From NCBI GenBank assembly GCA_013265495.1, contig MU061578.1:4723308-4787307 (forward strand): DNA of 64,000 bases, given 5' to 3'. Below are positions 1 to 13,072 of this stretch, one piece after another (the stretch's first letter is position 1; the number at the start of each line of letters is the position of its first letter). A model generated the notes under the pieces. That model had not been told where the DNA came from and made no database searches. It worked only from the letters and a program-made list of their open reading frames with translations. The DNA comes from Vicugna vicugna (lineage: Eukaryota). A program made the position numbers and the translations under genes.

Positions 1-61
1 GAGGCCTGTTAGTTGGAGGCTGGAGGCCCATCTCTGGGTGGCCAGGCTTCAGGTAGCTCAC

Positions 62-3000
62 CTCAGGGGTCATGCGGCTGATGGTGGGCAGGTCGTAGCC
101 AGCACTGATGAAGTTGGGGGCGTAGAGCTGTAGCTGGAACGTGGCAAGCCACTGGCTGACAGCCTCGGTGCTCTGGAAGACACAAGGCACCCGCTGCAGG
201 CTCGCCCGCCCGCTCACCTGCCAGGCATGCATCCCAGCCACCGCAGTGCCTCGTTTTCTGCTCAGCCGAAGACCGTGCAGTTCAATCTGCCGTCCACTGG
301 GCCATCTGCAGCCAGGGCCTGGTCAGCCTGGCACCGCTGCTCCTCCTCACGCTGTGGTTCTGGATGCTGCCGTCTTGAGCATCGTCCAGCACTTCAGCCT
401 CCTTCTGTGATCTCCACCGGGAAGGTCCAGCTGCTGTCCACATCATAGGCTTCCCTGACAGTCCCCCCCATTCCTGTCCCAGGGACACCCTGGAGTGTGG
501 TCCCATGGGAGGGGCACTAGGAATGGGGCCTCAGGAAGGAGCACCTAGTGCTGCCCCTCCCCACCCTAGAAGGTGGGCTCTTCCCAGAGGTCTGCAGAGG
601 ACTCAGCCAGCAGCTCGCCTCCCCTAGCACGCAGGTGCAGCACACCGGACCTATCTCACCCATGTACACACACTGTCTAGTCTCACACCCCTGCCCATCC
701 ACACGCACACATATGCATACACGTGCCCGGCTTGCAATCAAACCAGCCACACAAGCACACCCCCCAGTTCACTGCACACCTGTGTCACACCTCCTAGACA
801 CACAAGCTTACATGCATAGCCCATACAACAGACAACACCTACACACACAGACAGATGGACAGAAGGACGGGCCTGGCCTGGCCTGTCAAGGGCCCTGGCT
901 GCACTGTGGCCAAGCCAGGCAGGCTGCCCCAGGCGCCCCTCCCTGCAGCCGGCCCGGCCTCTGTACCTTGCCCTCTGATGCTGCCTCTGGCTTCTTGGGT
1001 GGCTGTTCCCCATAGACCTGCCCAGCATGGGCCACTGGAGGCTGGGACCGGGTGGCACCTGGGGACAAGAGGGTGTGGTGGGGCAAGGGCTACCTGGGGA
1101 CTACCTCCCTGCCAGGCCAGCAGTACCGCATCCTTGCTCTTACCTGCGGAGCCCTCCGGAGGCTTGACAGGGCTGTCCCCGGGGCTGGAGTCGGAGACAG
1201 GCTTCTGGGAGAGCACTGTTGCCAGGAGCTGCAACCCAGACAGGCCAGCTGGCCAGGGCTGCTCCAGCCAGAGGCCACCCCGGTCCTGCCACTACCCCAC
1301 CTACCTTGACCCCTTCAGAGCCTGCATGTAGGGTGTGGCCCCCACTGCTCCGGCCACCAGCCACACTGCTCAAGCTGCCACTGCGGTCCCCACCTGCCAG
1401 CAGGAGAGAGCATCGTCTGCCGGTGCTGGCCCGGCCTAGTCCGGTGCTGCCTTACAGAAGTGTGGCTGCCCGCCACCTACCTGCAAAGGGCTTTCTCAGC
1501 ACCCAGATCTCCTCAGGGGGTGCAGGGGCACCTGATGAGCTGCCTCCCTGGGGTGGGCTTGGTTCGGCACCTGCTCGGGAACCTGTGAACCAAGCACAGC
1601 CTTCCTGAGTCCTGGACCGGCTCTGGCCTGGGGCATTCCCTGGCCTGGCCCCTGAGCCTGCGCAGGGCAGAGGTGGAACACACACGCCTTAGGGAGTCGG
1701 CACCACAGCCTCCTCCTGCCCTGGCCGTCTCCAAGGAGCTGAGAGACCCTCAGAAGACCCCTCCCAACCCGGAATTTTTGAGAGCATGGCAGAGAAGGGC
1801 ACAGGCCAGGCTATCCTGCCAGTGGCTCTGTGGTCCTGTAGGTGGGGGAATTGCAGGAGGGTGCAAATCCCTCTGTGCCAGGGTAGCAGGGAGAGGGAAG
1901 AGGCCCCCAGGAGCCTGGGACCAGGGTCCTCAAACCAGGGACCTAGAGATCTGTGGGTGGGCTGGCTTCACCTCATAACTGGCCCTCCTCTGCCCTCTCA
2001 CCCCACCTGTCAATCTCCATGTCCTTGGTATGGGGTAAACCGATCTCCCCATGGCCCTAGGGCTTTCTCCTGTGCCCCTCTCCCTCACCAAGTCAGCCAC
2101 ACCAGCCTCCTTTGGACTCATACTCATCACACTCTTTCTTGCCTCCCAGCCTTCAAACACGTGGTTCCCGCTGCCTGTTTGCTGCCCGCGGCCAGCCCCT
2201 CCCATTTCTCAGGGCCTTCTCTGACTGCCCTGTCTACAGCTGTCTCCATCCACATTCTCTGTCAGTGGCTGGTACCTTCTATGTTTATTCCACTGTCCTC
2301 TGCTCCCCTCCCTCCCCAAGGGCAAGCTCCTGGAGAGCAGGAATGATGTCCATCTGGGTCACCGTCTATTCTGAGTGGCTAACCTGCAAGGTCTGCTGAA
2401 TAAAAGAAGTGGGTGTGGGGACACAGATGAGGGGACAGCTGGCAAGACACACTGCTCGACCCCACTCCAGATCCTACACCTAGCAGTGGCTAGAGCTTGG
2501 TCCTTGCCCTTTCAGCTGACACATCCGTGCACGTGCTTCCTTCTGGCCCGAGCTCAGGCCTGGAGGGGGACTTGCCTGCTCGCTTGACAATGGCCTCGCC
2601 CAAGGAGGACGGGAAGTAGCCCACACGGTCGTTGCCTGTCCTGTTGTCATGGATACAGCCCTTCCACCGGCCATCTGGATGCTGCTCAAGGACCTGGCCA
2701 GATGAGGTGGGGGGAGTATGCTCAGGGAAACGCCCCTCCAGGTCAAGCAGCTGGATGGCTTGGGCCTCCTGCTCAGACTCCCACGCCCCCCAAGTTCTGC
2801 TGGGTGTTGTGGGGTAAGCATCCCGCCCCTCCTGGCTCCAGCAACCCCTGGCCATCCTTACTGTGATAATGTCCCCTGCTTTCACATTGAGGCTGGTCAG
2901 GTCATAGTTGTTGCAATAATCCTTGGTCGCCCGGACCTGCAGGGCCGCCGAAGCCTCTGGGGACACAGGAGGCAGCAGACCCCCCAGTCCTGTGAGCCAG

Positions 3001-6000
3001 CCCGGCCCAGGCTCTGCCCCTGCCCACCTGCCCTGCCCGGGCCCACCTCGCAGCAGCTGCTTGATCTCCTTGCTGGCCTGGGAGGTGGTGAACTGGTGCA
3101 CGATGTCCAGGGCCGTCTGGCTGTAGGTATTTCTTACATGGGCATTGATCCCGCTCTGTGTGCCAGAGGGCGAGGCCCATCAGAAGCGCCCCCCCGACAC
3201 CCACATGTGACCCCAGATCCCCCAGCCCACTGACTCACATCCAACAGCAGCCGAACCACTTCTGTCTTCCCGCAGAGTGCGGCCTCGTGCAGGGCTGTGC
3301 CAGACTTGGTCTGGCGGTTGATGTCAATGCCGGCTTGGAGGAGGAGTCTGGTGGGGAGGTAGGAGGAGCCAGCGGGGTCTTGCACAGGAGCCCTCCACCC
3401 CAGCACCCCCAAGCCGGGCTCCAAGTCCTGGGGGCCTGAGAATAAACCAACCCTGTCCCACCTCCCTGACAAGACAGTGATGGAGCACTTGTAGAAGTGC
3501 CCCTCCCTGGACGAACCCTTCACGCTGTTATCTTGTCTCGTTATAATAGGAGCACTGCTGTGATGCCCACTTTAAGGATGGGGAAACTGAGGCTCAGAGA
3601 AGTTCAGGGCCTCCACAAGATGACCCAGCAAGCAGCATAGGCTGTGGGGCTGTAGAGGCTGACCTCGCCGCCCCTTCTGGTACATTCTTCACGTGGGTGG
3701 CTGGAGGCATCCTTCGCACCCGGAGGCCTGACCACATCCCCATGGCTCCCTGGCTCCTCCTGTCTCATAGCCCAGCCAAGAGCAGGAACCTGGAGGCTGA
3801 GTGCTCCTTACCCCGCCCCAACACGGCCATACCTGATGATGTCGATGTGGCCATTCTTGGCTGCCAGGTGCAGGGGGCTGGTGCCATTGGGGTCGGTGGT
3901 GTCCCCAGGCCGGGGCTCCAGCAAGGCCGCACACATGTTGCTGCTCAGGAGCAGCTGGACCACCTTGAAGGAGGAGTCAGAGTAGGGGGGCCCAGAAATG
4001 GGGTTGGGGGTTGCAGATGTGTCCCACGATTCCCACCTCAGAAGAAGGTGGAGCAGGTGCAGTCCCACTCAGCTCCCTGGGAGACTTACCCCAACACGGC
4101 CGAACTCACAGGCAAGGTCCAGGGGTGTCTTCCCCGAGTTGTCCACCATGCACGGGTTGGATTGGTGCTGGAGCAGCATCTCAGACTGCAGGGACCATCA
4201 GGCCTGAGGTTTTCTGTGGGGCTCATGCTGCCCCAGGTGCCCTGTCAGCCCCCAGGGTGGTCCTTACCACGTCATAGTGACCATGCTGGGCTGCCAAGTG
4301 CAGGGGGATGTGGCCCTCATCGGACGGGATGTTCACCGCTGAGCCTGCCTTCAGCACCAGCTTCATGGGCTCCTTCCGGCCCTGCCAGGCTGCATAGTGC
4401 AGCGGCCGCATGCCTGGGGGCAGGTGGGAGCCGCTGGGAGCTAGCTCCTGACCCTGACCCCAACCCTGACCTCCAGGATGCCGATCCCACGAGAACCTGC
4501 CTCTACCCAGACCACGACCCTGGGCTGATCCTCCAGGGACCCCACTCCTGACCTTGACCCCCTGCCCCAGTTCTGAGGTCCCTAACAGGACTTGCCTTTG
4601 TTGTCCTTGATGTCCACAGCAGCCTGGGCCTCCAGCAGCAGGGTGATTAATTCCGTGTTGCCATTCAGGGCCGCGTGGTGCAAGGCAGAGAAGCTGGGGT
4701 AGGTGACAGATACGTATGGGCAAGGACCGGGGCACCCTAGATGTCCCCAGAAGTCCCTAACCCCCATTCCAGACTGGCATCTTCCTTGCTGAGAACTCAC
4801 CCATCTGGGTCTTGGAAATTGACATTGATCTTCTTGGTGGAGCCCAGGAGCTCTGGGGGTGGAAAGGAGACACAGTGAGGGAGGCTCTGCCCCTCTACTG
4901 AGGCCTACCTACCTGCCCTCTCTGGGAAGCCTCAGAACAGACAGATAGTGACTGGCTGGCTCCCTGGCAGGCTCAGAGCCAAAGCTCCCTGGGTTATTAG
5001 TCTAGAAACATTCATTCATTCATTCAACTCTATTCCCTGCACAAAGGTCCAGGTACCAGCTTTCAGATGTTGGCTTCCCACTGAGCTAAGATGTTGGAAG
5101 GTTCACAGGGCCTGTCCTTGCCTGGGGACAGAAGCCAGGGCTGTGCACCCCCACAGGCACACACATGTGCACATGAACCCCCTCCATTGGGACGCTGGCT
5201 GAGCACCTGCCAATGGTGGGAGGGAGAAAGCCAGCCCAATCTGTCTCTCAGAAGGGCCCAGATGGGGCCGGGGGTGGCCCAGGAAGGCTGGAACACCCGG
5301 AAATGGGGGTATCTCTGGGAAAGATCTCAATTTCCAGGGTGCAGCCTCCCCCCACTCCCAGCCTTGGGCCTGGCCAGTGTAGATGAGCCCGTATTAGGGA
5401 GGGTGGGAAAAAGGCAGGCAAGTGGGTCGGTGCCTCTGAGTGACCACATGAGAATGGCCACCTTGTCTACAGGGGGAGGCTCAGGATCAGTCTACCTGAA
5501 GCCCCAGGGGCTCAAACCCTCCCTTTGGGGCCCCAGTCTCCACCAGCTGCCTACCAGAGGAGGGGAGCCCACTGATGCCCTCCCCATGGGCTCAGGTCCA
5601 GCCGGACTAGGGCCAATCCCCTGCCTGTCTGGGCCATGGTTATATAACCCATTTGTGGGTCAGTCACTCTGGGAGGGAGGGGCTGGCGGGACAGAAGCCC
5701 CTTTGTCCCGGCCCAGGACAAGGGTGGGGGTGGGGGGCTAAGGGAGTCAAGTCACAGGGTGGGCTGCTGCTGCAGGGCCTGCTTCGTGACCCACAGCAGC
5801 CCTGGGCCCTCCTGCCTTGGTTCTCAGCTGCTGGATGCAGGGTCTGGGTCCCTCAGTGGCCCACGAAGCCCACAAAGTCAGACAGGCCTGAATTCATATA
5901 TTCCCTCTGCCCCTTAGTGGCCCTGTGGCCTTGGCCCTGAGCTTAAAGGTTCTAATAGGGCTGGCCTCGCAGGCCTAAGGGCATTTCCAGACAACACAGG

Positions 6001-9000
6001 AAGGGTCTGGCACACAGTCGGTTCAGTTCGTGACAATCACTAATGTTAGCTCTATAGGAGTCCCACCCCCACCCTCTCCAGTGCAGGGCTTCTCTGGCAC
6101 AGAACGGAGGCTCCAGAAAGAGAAGCATCTCCACTCCCCTGCCCCTCCCCCTCTGCTCAGACACTTCGCTGTGCTGATGTCCGCCTAAGTTGGCAGCACT
6201 GCCACCCTTCCCCTTGGTGGTCTAGGCCAAAACCTTGGAATCAGCCCCAGGTTCTTTCTTAAGTCTGTCTTCTCCATCAGCAAATCCTCTTGGCTCTACC
6301 TTCAAGACACTTCCAAAGCACACTCAGAATCCTACCATCTCTCACCAGTGCCAGCATCACCACCCTGGGCCAGGCCAGCATCTCTCGAAGAATGATTGCC
6401 ATCACCTCCTCACTGGCATCCCCACTTCTACCCTGCCCCCCTCCAGTCTATGCCCGTGAGGTCAGGGGGATCCCGTTAGAACATGAGTCTGTTCCAATTG
6501 CTTCTCTCCTGAAGACTCTTCTGTTGAGCCCCTGTCTCACTGAGGTTGGGGGCCAAAGCTGGACAATGGCACTGCATGAGGTAGCTCCTTTCACTTTGAG
6601 TTCCTCATTGCCCCTGTTCCAGCCACATGAGGCTCCTTGATGGCACTCCAACACACCAGCCTCCTCTGCCACAGGGCATTTAACATGCTGTGGGGGGGGG
6701 GCGCTATTCTTCCCTCCGTTATCCCGGGACCTGCTTGGCAAAGCCTCCCCCACTCCCACCTAAAACGCTTATCCCCTTTCCACCCTGTATCTGTTGTATT
6801 TTTCTCTTTAGCCCCCATTACCACCATTTATTTTGTTTATTGTTCATCTGCATCACTAAACTACAAGCTCCAAGAAGACAAGTGACCTGGTGACTAAAAT
6901 GGTACTGGGCGCATACGAGGTGCTCAGTGAACTGGTGACTGAATTGATACCCTCATCTCATGCACTCCATCCACCTGCCACGGCCAGCTTCAAGCATGCA
7001 GCCACTCTGGAGAGCCCCAAGCATGGTTGGATGCTCTGGTGTTGCTATCTTGAAATTCTGATTTTTTGGACAAGGCAGCCCACACTTTCATTTTGCACTG
7101 GGCTCTGTGAATGATGCAGCTGGGCCTGCCACAGTCCCCTGTCATTAGGCTGAAGGGAGCACAGACATCACTGTCCCATGGCATCCCCCCAACCCTGCTC
7201 AGGGCCACACTCAGCATGTTCTCCCACTGGAACACTCAGCCCCAACTCTAATGGTCGCTGTCCCCCACTAACTCTTCTTAGTTCCAGTGTAGCCAGTTCT
7301 CAGCTTCTCCCTCAAGACTTCCCAGGCCACGTTCCTCTCCTCATTCCCACAGCTGGGCTCCCAGGCAGCTGCCAAGCCAGGTGTCCTGAGTGGAGCCTGT
7401 GGCCAGGCTCACCTGCCTGCACCTACTGGAGCTGAAATTTCAGAGGGGTTGATGTTCAAGGCCCGGGAATTGACACAGACACCAGTGAAGAGGTGGAGTC
7501 TCCATCCAGAAGGGGACCACTCCCCACATGAGGAGGGGCATCATGTTGAGGTCATCCCATCCCTCCCCGCTGTTGGTCTCTTCCAAGGCAAAAAGAGCTG
7601 GGGGAAGGGTAACAGCTCATTGGTAGAGTGTGTGCTTAGCATGCACCAGGTCTTGGGTACAATCCCCAGTACAGCCTTTGAAAAAAAAAAAAAAGAAAAG
7701 AGGAAAAGAGCTGGAATTGGATGGAAGGGAGCTTGAGGTCTTGGAGCACCCCCAGTTCCTATGGGGGACACTGGACACCTGGGAAGATCCCAGAATGGAA
7801 GCCTGCCTGGGGCTGGGGAGGTTGCATCTCAAGGAGACAGGAGCTCTGAATGAAGAAGGAGCAGAGCATTGCTGGAGGGCCCTGGGTCGGTGGGGAGAAG
7901 CGGGCAAGTGGGGACTAAGCTGAAGGCCCCAGGAGCCCTTTTCACTTTTCCACAAGGGCACTAAATCCTATGGATTCCCATCAGTAATAGTGAGTAAACC
8001 TGTGACTTGGGCTCTCTGGTCTCTTGCGCCCCCCAGCTCTCTAACTGCTTTCCTGTGACCATCCCTACCTTTGAGGTCAGCTCCAACTCCAGCTGCAGAA
8101 GCCCTAGGGGAGCCAACCCCAGACCCTGTCGCACCCTATCCTCATGGCCTCCCTTCACGCCTCTGCCCAGGTGCTCCTCCAACCACGGAGGCCACTCACA
8201 GGCTACTTTCACAGAGCCATATCTGTCCCCTACAGGGGTGTGGTTCTGACCCATCTCAGATTGGCTGAGCCTTGTAGCCTCCAGCCAGGCAAGGCATATT
8301 CTCAGCTCCCCCAGGGCAGGCAGCTCTGAGCCAGATGCTGGAAGAGAAATCTTAGTGGGCCAAGGTGAGAGAGCACAGGAGTGATTGTCTGCCTCCAGTG
8401 AATTTGGGGAAAGGGGAGGCTGAGCCAGGAAGAAGGGCAAGGTGACCCCCCACACCCTAGAAGATCAGCCCCTATCCCTGAATTTTCCCTTCCAAGCCGT
8501 CTTGTCTCCCTTCAGGGACAACAACTGCTAGGGTGCTGGTGCTGGTGCATGTGAGGAGAGGCTCCCTTCAGGCAGGAGTGGGGCTGACAGAGCCTGGGGC
8601 GACACTGGGAGGTTGAGGAGACAGGAAGGTGTCAATGCAGGGAGGACAGTGTGCATCAAGAATCATGGAAACACCTCTGGAGTGGGGGAGCTCCCTAGGG
8701 AGCACTGCTGGACACCCCCCACCCCATGGCCCAAACTCCAGCTGTACTTTGCTGAATCAAAATACATCTTACTCCAAAGCAGGCCAGTGTTGCCATGACA
8801 ACCGAGCTAATTCATGGAGGGATTTCTCTGTCTGATTTATTATGCCTGCCCCTGTGGGTCAGAGAGCCCAGATTCGGGGGCCAGGGCAGGTGTCTCTCCT
8901 GCCCAGAGACCAGGCCATGCAGGGGTGAATGTAGAGACCCAGGTGGAGACACAGGTAGAGGTAAAAGTCCCCACACCATTCCCAGGTGGCCAGAGGAGAA

Positions 9001-10653
9001 GTGAGGAGGAACCCCCAAATCTGATGCCCCTACTTCCTCCGCGCACCCGCCCTGCGCAGTCTAAGGAAATGGCCATAGTGAGCACTTCCTGACCACTTAC
9101 CAAGCGCCTGGGCTTCATGCCTGCACTCACTGCTCTTAGACAATGCTGCAAGGCAGGGACCACAAACGCCCCCATCCTACAGATGAGGAGACTGAAGCCC
9201 AGAGACTGTCTATGCCCAAGGTCGGATTGGCCACTAGGTGGAAGCCTTTGCCTTGCCTTCCACCTCTCAATCCCTGCTCCTGCTTTTGAGGCTCAGTTGA
9301 GGCCGCCTCTGCCTGAAAGCCCTCCCTTTCTGAGCCCTGAGGCCCTGAAACCAGCCCCAACTGGCAGACTGTCCCTGCACCTCGGGTTTGGAAGGCAGGG
9401 CCGGCCTGTGTGTGTGAGCTTGTGAGGCACGGATGTGCAGCTCTCTAGTTGCACAGAGCAGACTGGAGCAGCCAAGCAGGGGCTGCAGTGGGAGGGGTCC
9501 TCCTGGGGCTCAAGCACCTACGCCCTACCTGCCCCAGAAGTAGTCTCAGCTCTCAGCATCTCCCCTGGAGAGAGGGGAGGGAGGCCTCCCTGGCTTACAT
9601 ACAGTTCTGGGGCTGGGTGGGGCACCCAGACTCCATCTGCCACCCATCAGAGCCCTGCTCGCACCCTCACAGGTGCCCTGACACACTGACACAGCCATAC
9701 GTGCGCAGTCGCACACACGGCTGGTCCACACGCCCATCCATCCATCTCCTGTGTCCCCGGGGGAGGCTCCAGGCTGAGCTGGGATGAGTGCTGGGATCAG
9801 GGCTCCAAGCTTCCAACCATCCCCCCGGGCCCTCAGAGCGCAAGCTCAGGATGGCTCCTGGGAGACCCCCTCCTGCCCCCCAGCCCCCATTCCCAGCAAG
9901 GAAGCCAGAGAGGACCAGGGTCTCTACTGCAGGGTCTGCACCTGCCTCAAGCTCTGCCAGCTCTGGCCTGGGCGACCTTGGGCCTCTGTTCCCCCATCCG
10001 TAAATGGCTCCCAGCCGGCCATGCCTGTGCAGCCACACCCCCAGCATGGTCCTGCCTCCCACTCCCCTGCCAAGCCTGTTATTAAACACGGTGCGGTGAC
10101 GGGGTCTGACAGAGACTGTCAGCTCAGTAGTCGCCCCTCACTGCAAAGGGCCCCTCCCTCTCTCCGTGGTGTCGGGGAAGGGGGGAATCCGCCTCGCCCT
10201 TTAAAGGCCCAGCAGAGACCTCCAGCTGTCAGTCCGCAGCCCAGGAAAGGAGGGGGACGGAGGCAGGGAGAGAGGGATGCGAACGCCTGCGGTCAGGGAG
10301 GTGGGTGCCTCCAGTTACCCGCTGGGGGGCTCGAGTGACGGCAGGGCGCTTGGTGCTGCCCCTCCTTGAGGGCTGGCAACGGGGGGGGTGCGGACCGAGG
10401 GTCTGGGCGCTGCTGGCCCCGCCCCGCCCCCGGGGACCCAACAACATCCCCCCTCCCTGCCCTGCGCTGGGCGGGGTGGGGGGTTCAACGCTGGAGACAG
10501 CCCCCGGGCGCGCCGCAGCTCCCGCCCGTCCCCCGCACGCCCCGCGACCCCGTACTCACTGGCCTTCCCGGGCCGCGGCCTCTGCAGCAGCCTCTGCGCG
10601 GTCCCCACGTCCTCCGCCTTCACCGCCTGCACCAGCTCCTGCTCCTTCCCCAT
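62..10653 (-). CDS. CASKIN1: CASK-interacting protein 1, N-terminal part (ankyrin repeats, SH3, start of SAM1); gene continues beyond the window start
   Basis: Coding exons (minus): 10560-10653, 4801-4852, 4596-4693, 4268-4413, 4090-4185, 3833-3963, 3239-3347, 3047-3155, 2862-2956, 2576-2693, 1481-1582, 1305-1393, 1144-1228, 967-1058, 62-172. They splice to 1527 nt with consistent phases. Peptides include [85 protein letters not shown] and [26 protein letters not shown]. Confidence 0.96.
6170..6950 (+). mobile_element. Degenerate L2 LINE 3' region
   Basis: L2-like phrases (ccatcagcaaatcctcttggctctaccttcaa; ccatcacctcctcactgg; gtgctcagtgaactggtgactgaattga); boundaries approximate. Confidence 0.55.
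7601..7703 (+). mobile_element. tRNA-derived SINE (camelid Vic-1-like) with A-rich tail
   Basis: tRNA-like head GGGGAAGGGTAACAGCTCATTGGTAGAG...GGTACAATCCCCAGTAC followed by an A-tail; target-site duplication AAAAGAGCTGG at 7591-7601 and 7704-7714. Confidence 0.85.
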
Positions 10654-11300
10654 GGCGCGACCAGGGCCGCAGCGACGCGGCTGCGCTCCGTGCGCTCGGC
10701 GCGACTCAGAGGCGGCAACGGCGGCCCCGCCGCACCGGCCGCATCCTCCTCCCTCCCCCGCTGCCTCCTCCTCCGCCCGCGCCCCTCGCCGTCCTCCGGC
10801 TCCGGCTCCCGGCCCGCAGGGGGCGGGGAGCGCGTCAAGGGCGGGGGGCGGCCCGATCCTTGGCTCCGCCCCTACATCAGGCCGCGTCCTCCCAAGACGC
10901 CCCCTCCCCACGTGCTGGCTGTGCGGCTCACGCCGGGCCTCTGCGGACACCCCTCGGCACCGGGCGACTGCCAGGGGCTGGGGACAGCAGCCGCCAGGGG
11001 CTGGACACTGAGCCCCGACACGGCAGCGGCGCCAGGCAGAGCCTGAGAGAGGCTTGCAGAGGCTGCGGGACCCACGGAGGGAGGGACTCGAGGCAGTGGG
11101 CGGGCGGGGACCCGGGCATAGAGAGACCCGGGCACTGGCGGCACGGGAGCTAGCCCGCCAGAGGCTGTCAGACATTTCTGGCCCGTGGTTCCCGTGGGAG
11201 GTGTCGAGGGATTGTGAAGAGGAATCTCCCAATAATGAATTCAGTGTCAGGGAACCTGCCCCCCGCCCACACTACCCCCGCCGCCGCCGCTGCACCCTCC
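10250..11300. promoter_or_regulatory. CpG island / promoter and first exon of CASKIN1
   Basis: Very high GC and CpG density around the ATG at 10653; GC boxes. Confidence 0.85.
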
Positions 11301-12779
11301 CTTCCACCAACTGCACCTTCTTGCCTTACAGCCTCTGGCTCTCTCCACAAACAATGCAAGGCAACAGACCCCGCCTCAATCTGAACCCCAACCTCAGTGC
11401 ACCCGCCCAATACCAACGGGGGTGCTACCCCCACATCTACCACCAAGGTCTCAGCTCCTCCATCCCCAGCACCAACTGGGGTGTAACTCTTCAGATACAC
11501 CACCAAGGGGGTCTCAATCCCCCGCACCCAGCACCTATGGGGTCACAGCCCTGCCCAGCACCAATCTGAACCCCCACACAAGCCTACTCACCCTCTAGCC
11601 TCCAGCCACAGTCTTTGGGAGCCCTACACAGGACAGACACTAACCTTCCTCTACAGGGGTCTCACCCTTCTGACCTCTTGGGTCTCAGCCTTGAGTCCTT
11701 GCCTTGTATGGCTGCAACATTCTAGAGATAGACCAGTTGGGGTCTGTGTCCTGGCTCAGGTTGTTTCCTCATTTGCAGGGAGGGACAGATCATTACCCCA
11801 ACCCATCAAGGTTGTTAGAACATTTGGTGAGGTTCACACAAATGATGGCCTGACTCCCCTCTTCCTGTGGCCCAGACCATCAAGCTGGTCCAGGAAGGAG
11901 GTGGCCAGAGTGTGGACGAGGGGAAGCCACAGGCACTGGGATTTCCTGATCTGGGCAGCTGATCAGTACCCTCTATGGGGTCTCTTGTGAAGTTTAGGGA
12001 GCGAGTGTAGGTGTCCCAGGGTGCTGGGCTCCCTGAGGGGGTCCTAAACCCAAGGGCCCTTCCCCTCACCCTTTATGGTGACTAATTCCTGGGCATCTGA
12101 CCATGCTGGTCACTTCATAGATGAGCTTGGGCATACTGTGCCCTTTTTTACAATTGAAGAAAGTGAGGCTCAGAAAAGCCAAGTGACTCACCTGAGGTCT
12201 GCGAGTCTCCAGGTCATGAGTCTGAGATTTGAACCCACATCGGCCTCTGCATTTGTCTTAACTGGTTTGTCACTTTGTTTTTCTGAGTCTCGGTTACCCC
12301 TTCATAAAATGGCGAAGTGATACCTCCCCTTAGATTATTTGAGGATTAATTGTGATGCTATTCAAAAAGCACTTCACAATGGAACTTAGTAAAATCTCAG
12401 CAAATAGCTTCTGTGGGAATTGTGATATTCCGGGGTCTCCTTACCTGGGCCATCTGGGTAGCAATTGTATTTTATTCATCTTTGTATCTGCAGAGCCTAG
12501 CAGCATGTCTGGAACACAGGAAACACTACCAAAAAAAAAAAAAAAAGCAATTATCCTTACCATTATTTTTGGCTGGCTAAGGTAAACCACTCTGGCTTGA
12601 GCCTAACATTTGCAGGGCCTGGAATAAAAGTACAGAGGCCCACACACCAAATGTTTAAGTATTTAAGTGTTATAAAATGTAATAAATCATACTAATAACC
12701 TGTTAAATAAAATGTGTTCTATCATCCTACCTTGACAAATATACTTTCCTCATGACCTGAAAGGCCAAGTTCCAATTTA

Positions 12780-13072
12780 TTTATTTATTTATTTATTAAA
12801 TTTCAGCTTTTTTCCCATTTTTTGGGGGGGAGAGGTAATTAGGTTTATTTATTTTTACTATGCATATAGGATTTATTATACAAATTAAGAGGGTAGTTAA
12901 ATTTAGATTATCAAAAGGTATTCAAAGCCTAAATTTAAAGAAAAAATGGTTTTCATCTACCTGATTAACAGGAGTATATTATTGTCTATTTTTAACAAAG
13001 GGTACTGGGGATTGAACCCAGGACCTTGTGCATTCTAAGCAGGCACTCTACCACTGAGCTATACCCTCCCCC
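12780..13072 (-). mobile_element. tRNA-derived SINE (Vic-1-like) with long tail, inserted in an older DNA-transposon-like remnant
   Basis: Reverse-strand tRNA head (GGTACTGGGGATTGAACCCAGG...CTCTACCACTGAGCTATACCCTCCCC at ~13001-13071) and (TTTA)n tail; near-perfect TSD CCAAGTTCCAATTTA / CCAAGTCCCAATTTA at ~12765 and ~13077. Confidence 0.8.

Noticed and set aside
175..506. Possible extra CASKIN1 exon (coding-looking sequence, CAG|GTGAGC near 218)
   Set aside because: The frames I read contain stops, the resulting intron would be only ~45 nt, and the flanking exons already join in frame.
7601..7675. tRNA-like sequences (also ~13001-13071 and ~48503-48572)
   Set aside because: Degenerate stems, A-rich tails and TSDs show these are SINE heads, not tRNA genes.
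10305..11569. Several 170-305 aa ORFs on both strands
   Set aside because: Low-complexity Pro/Arg/Ala/Gly ORFs expected in a CpG island; only 10560-10653 matches a known protein.
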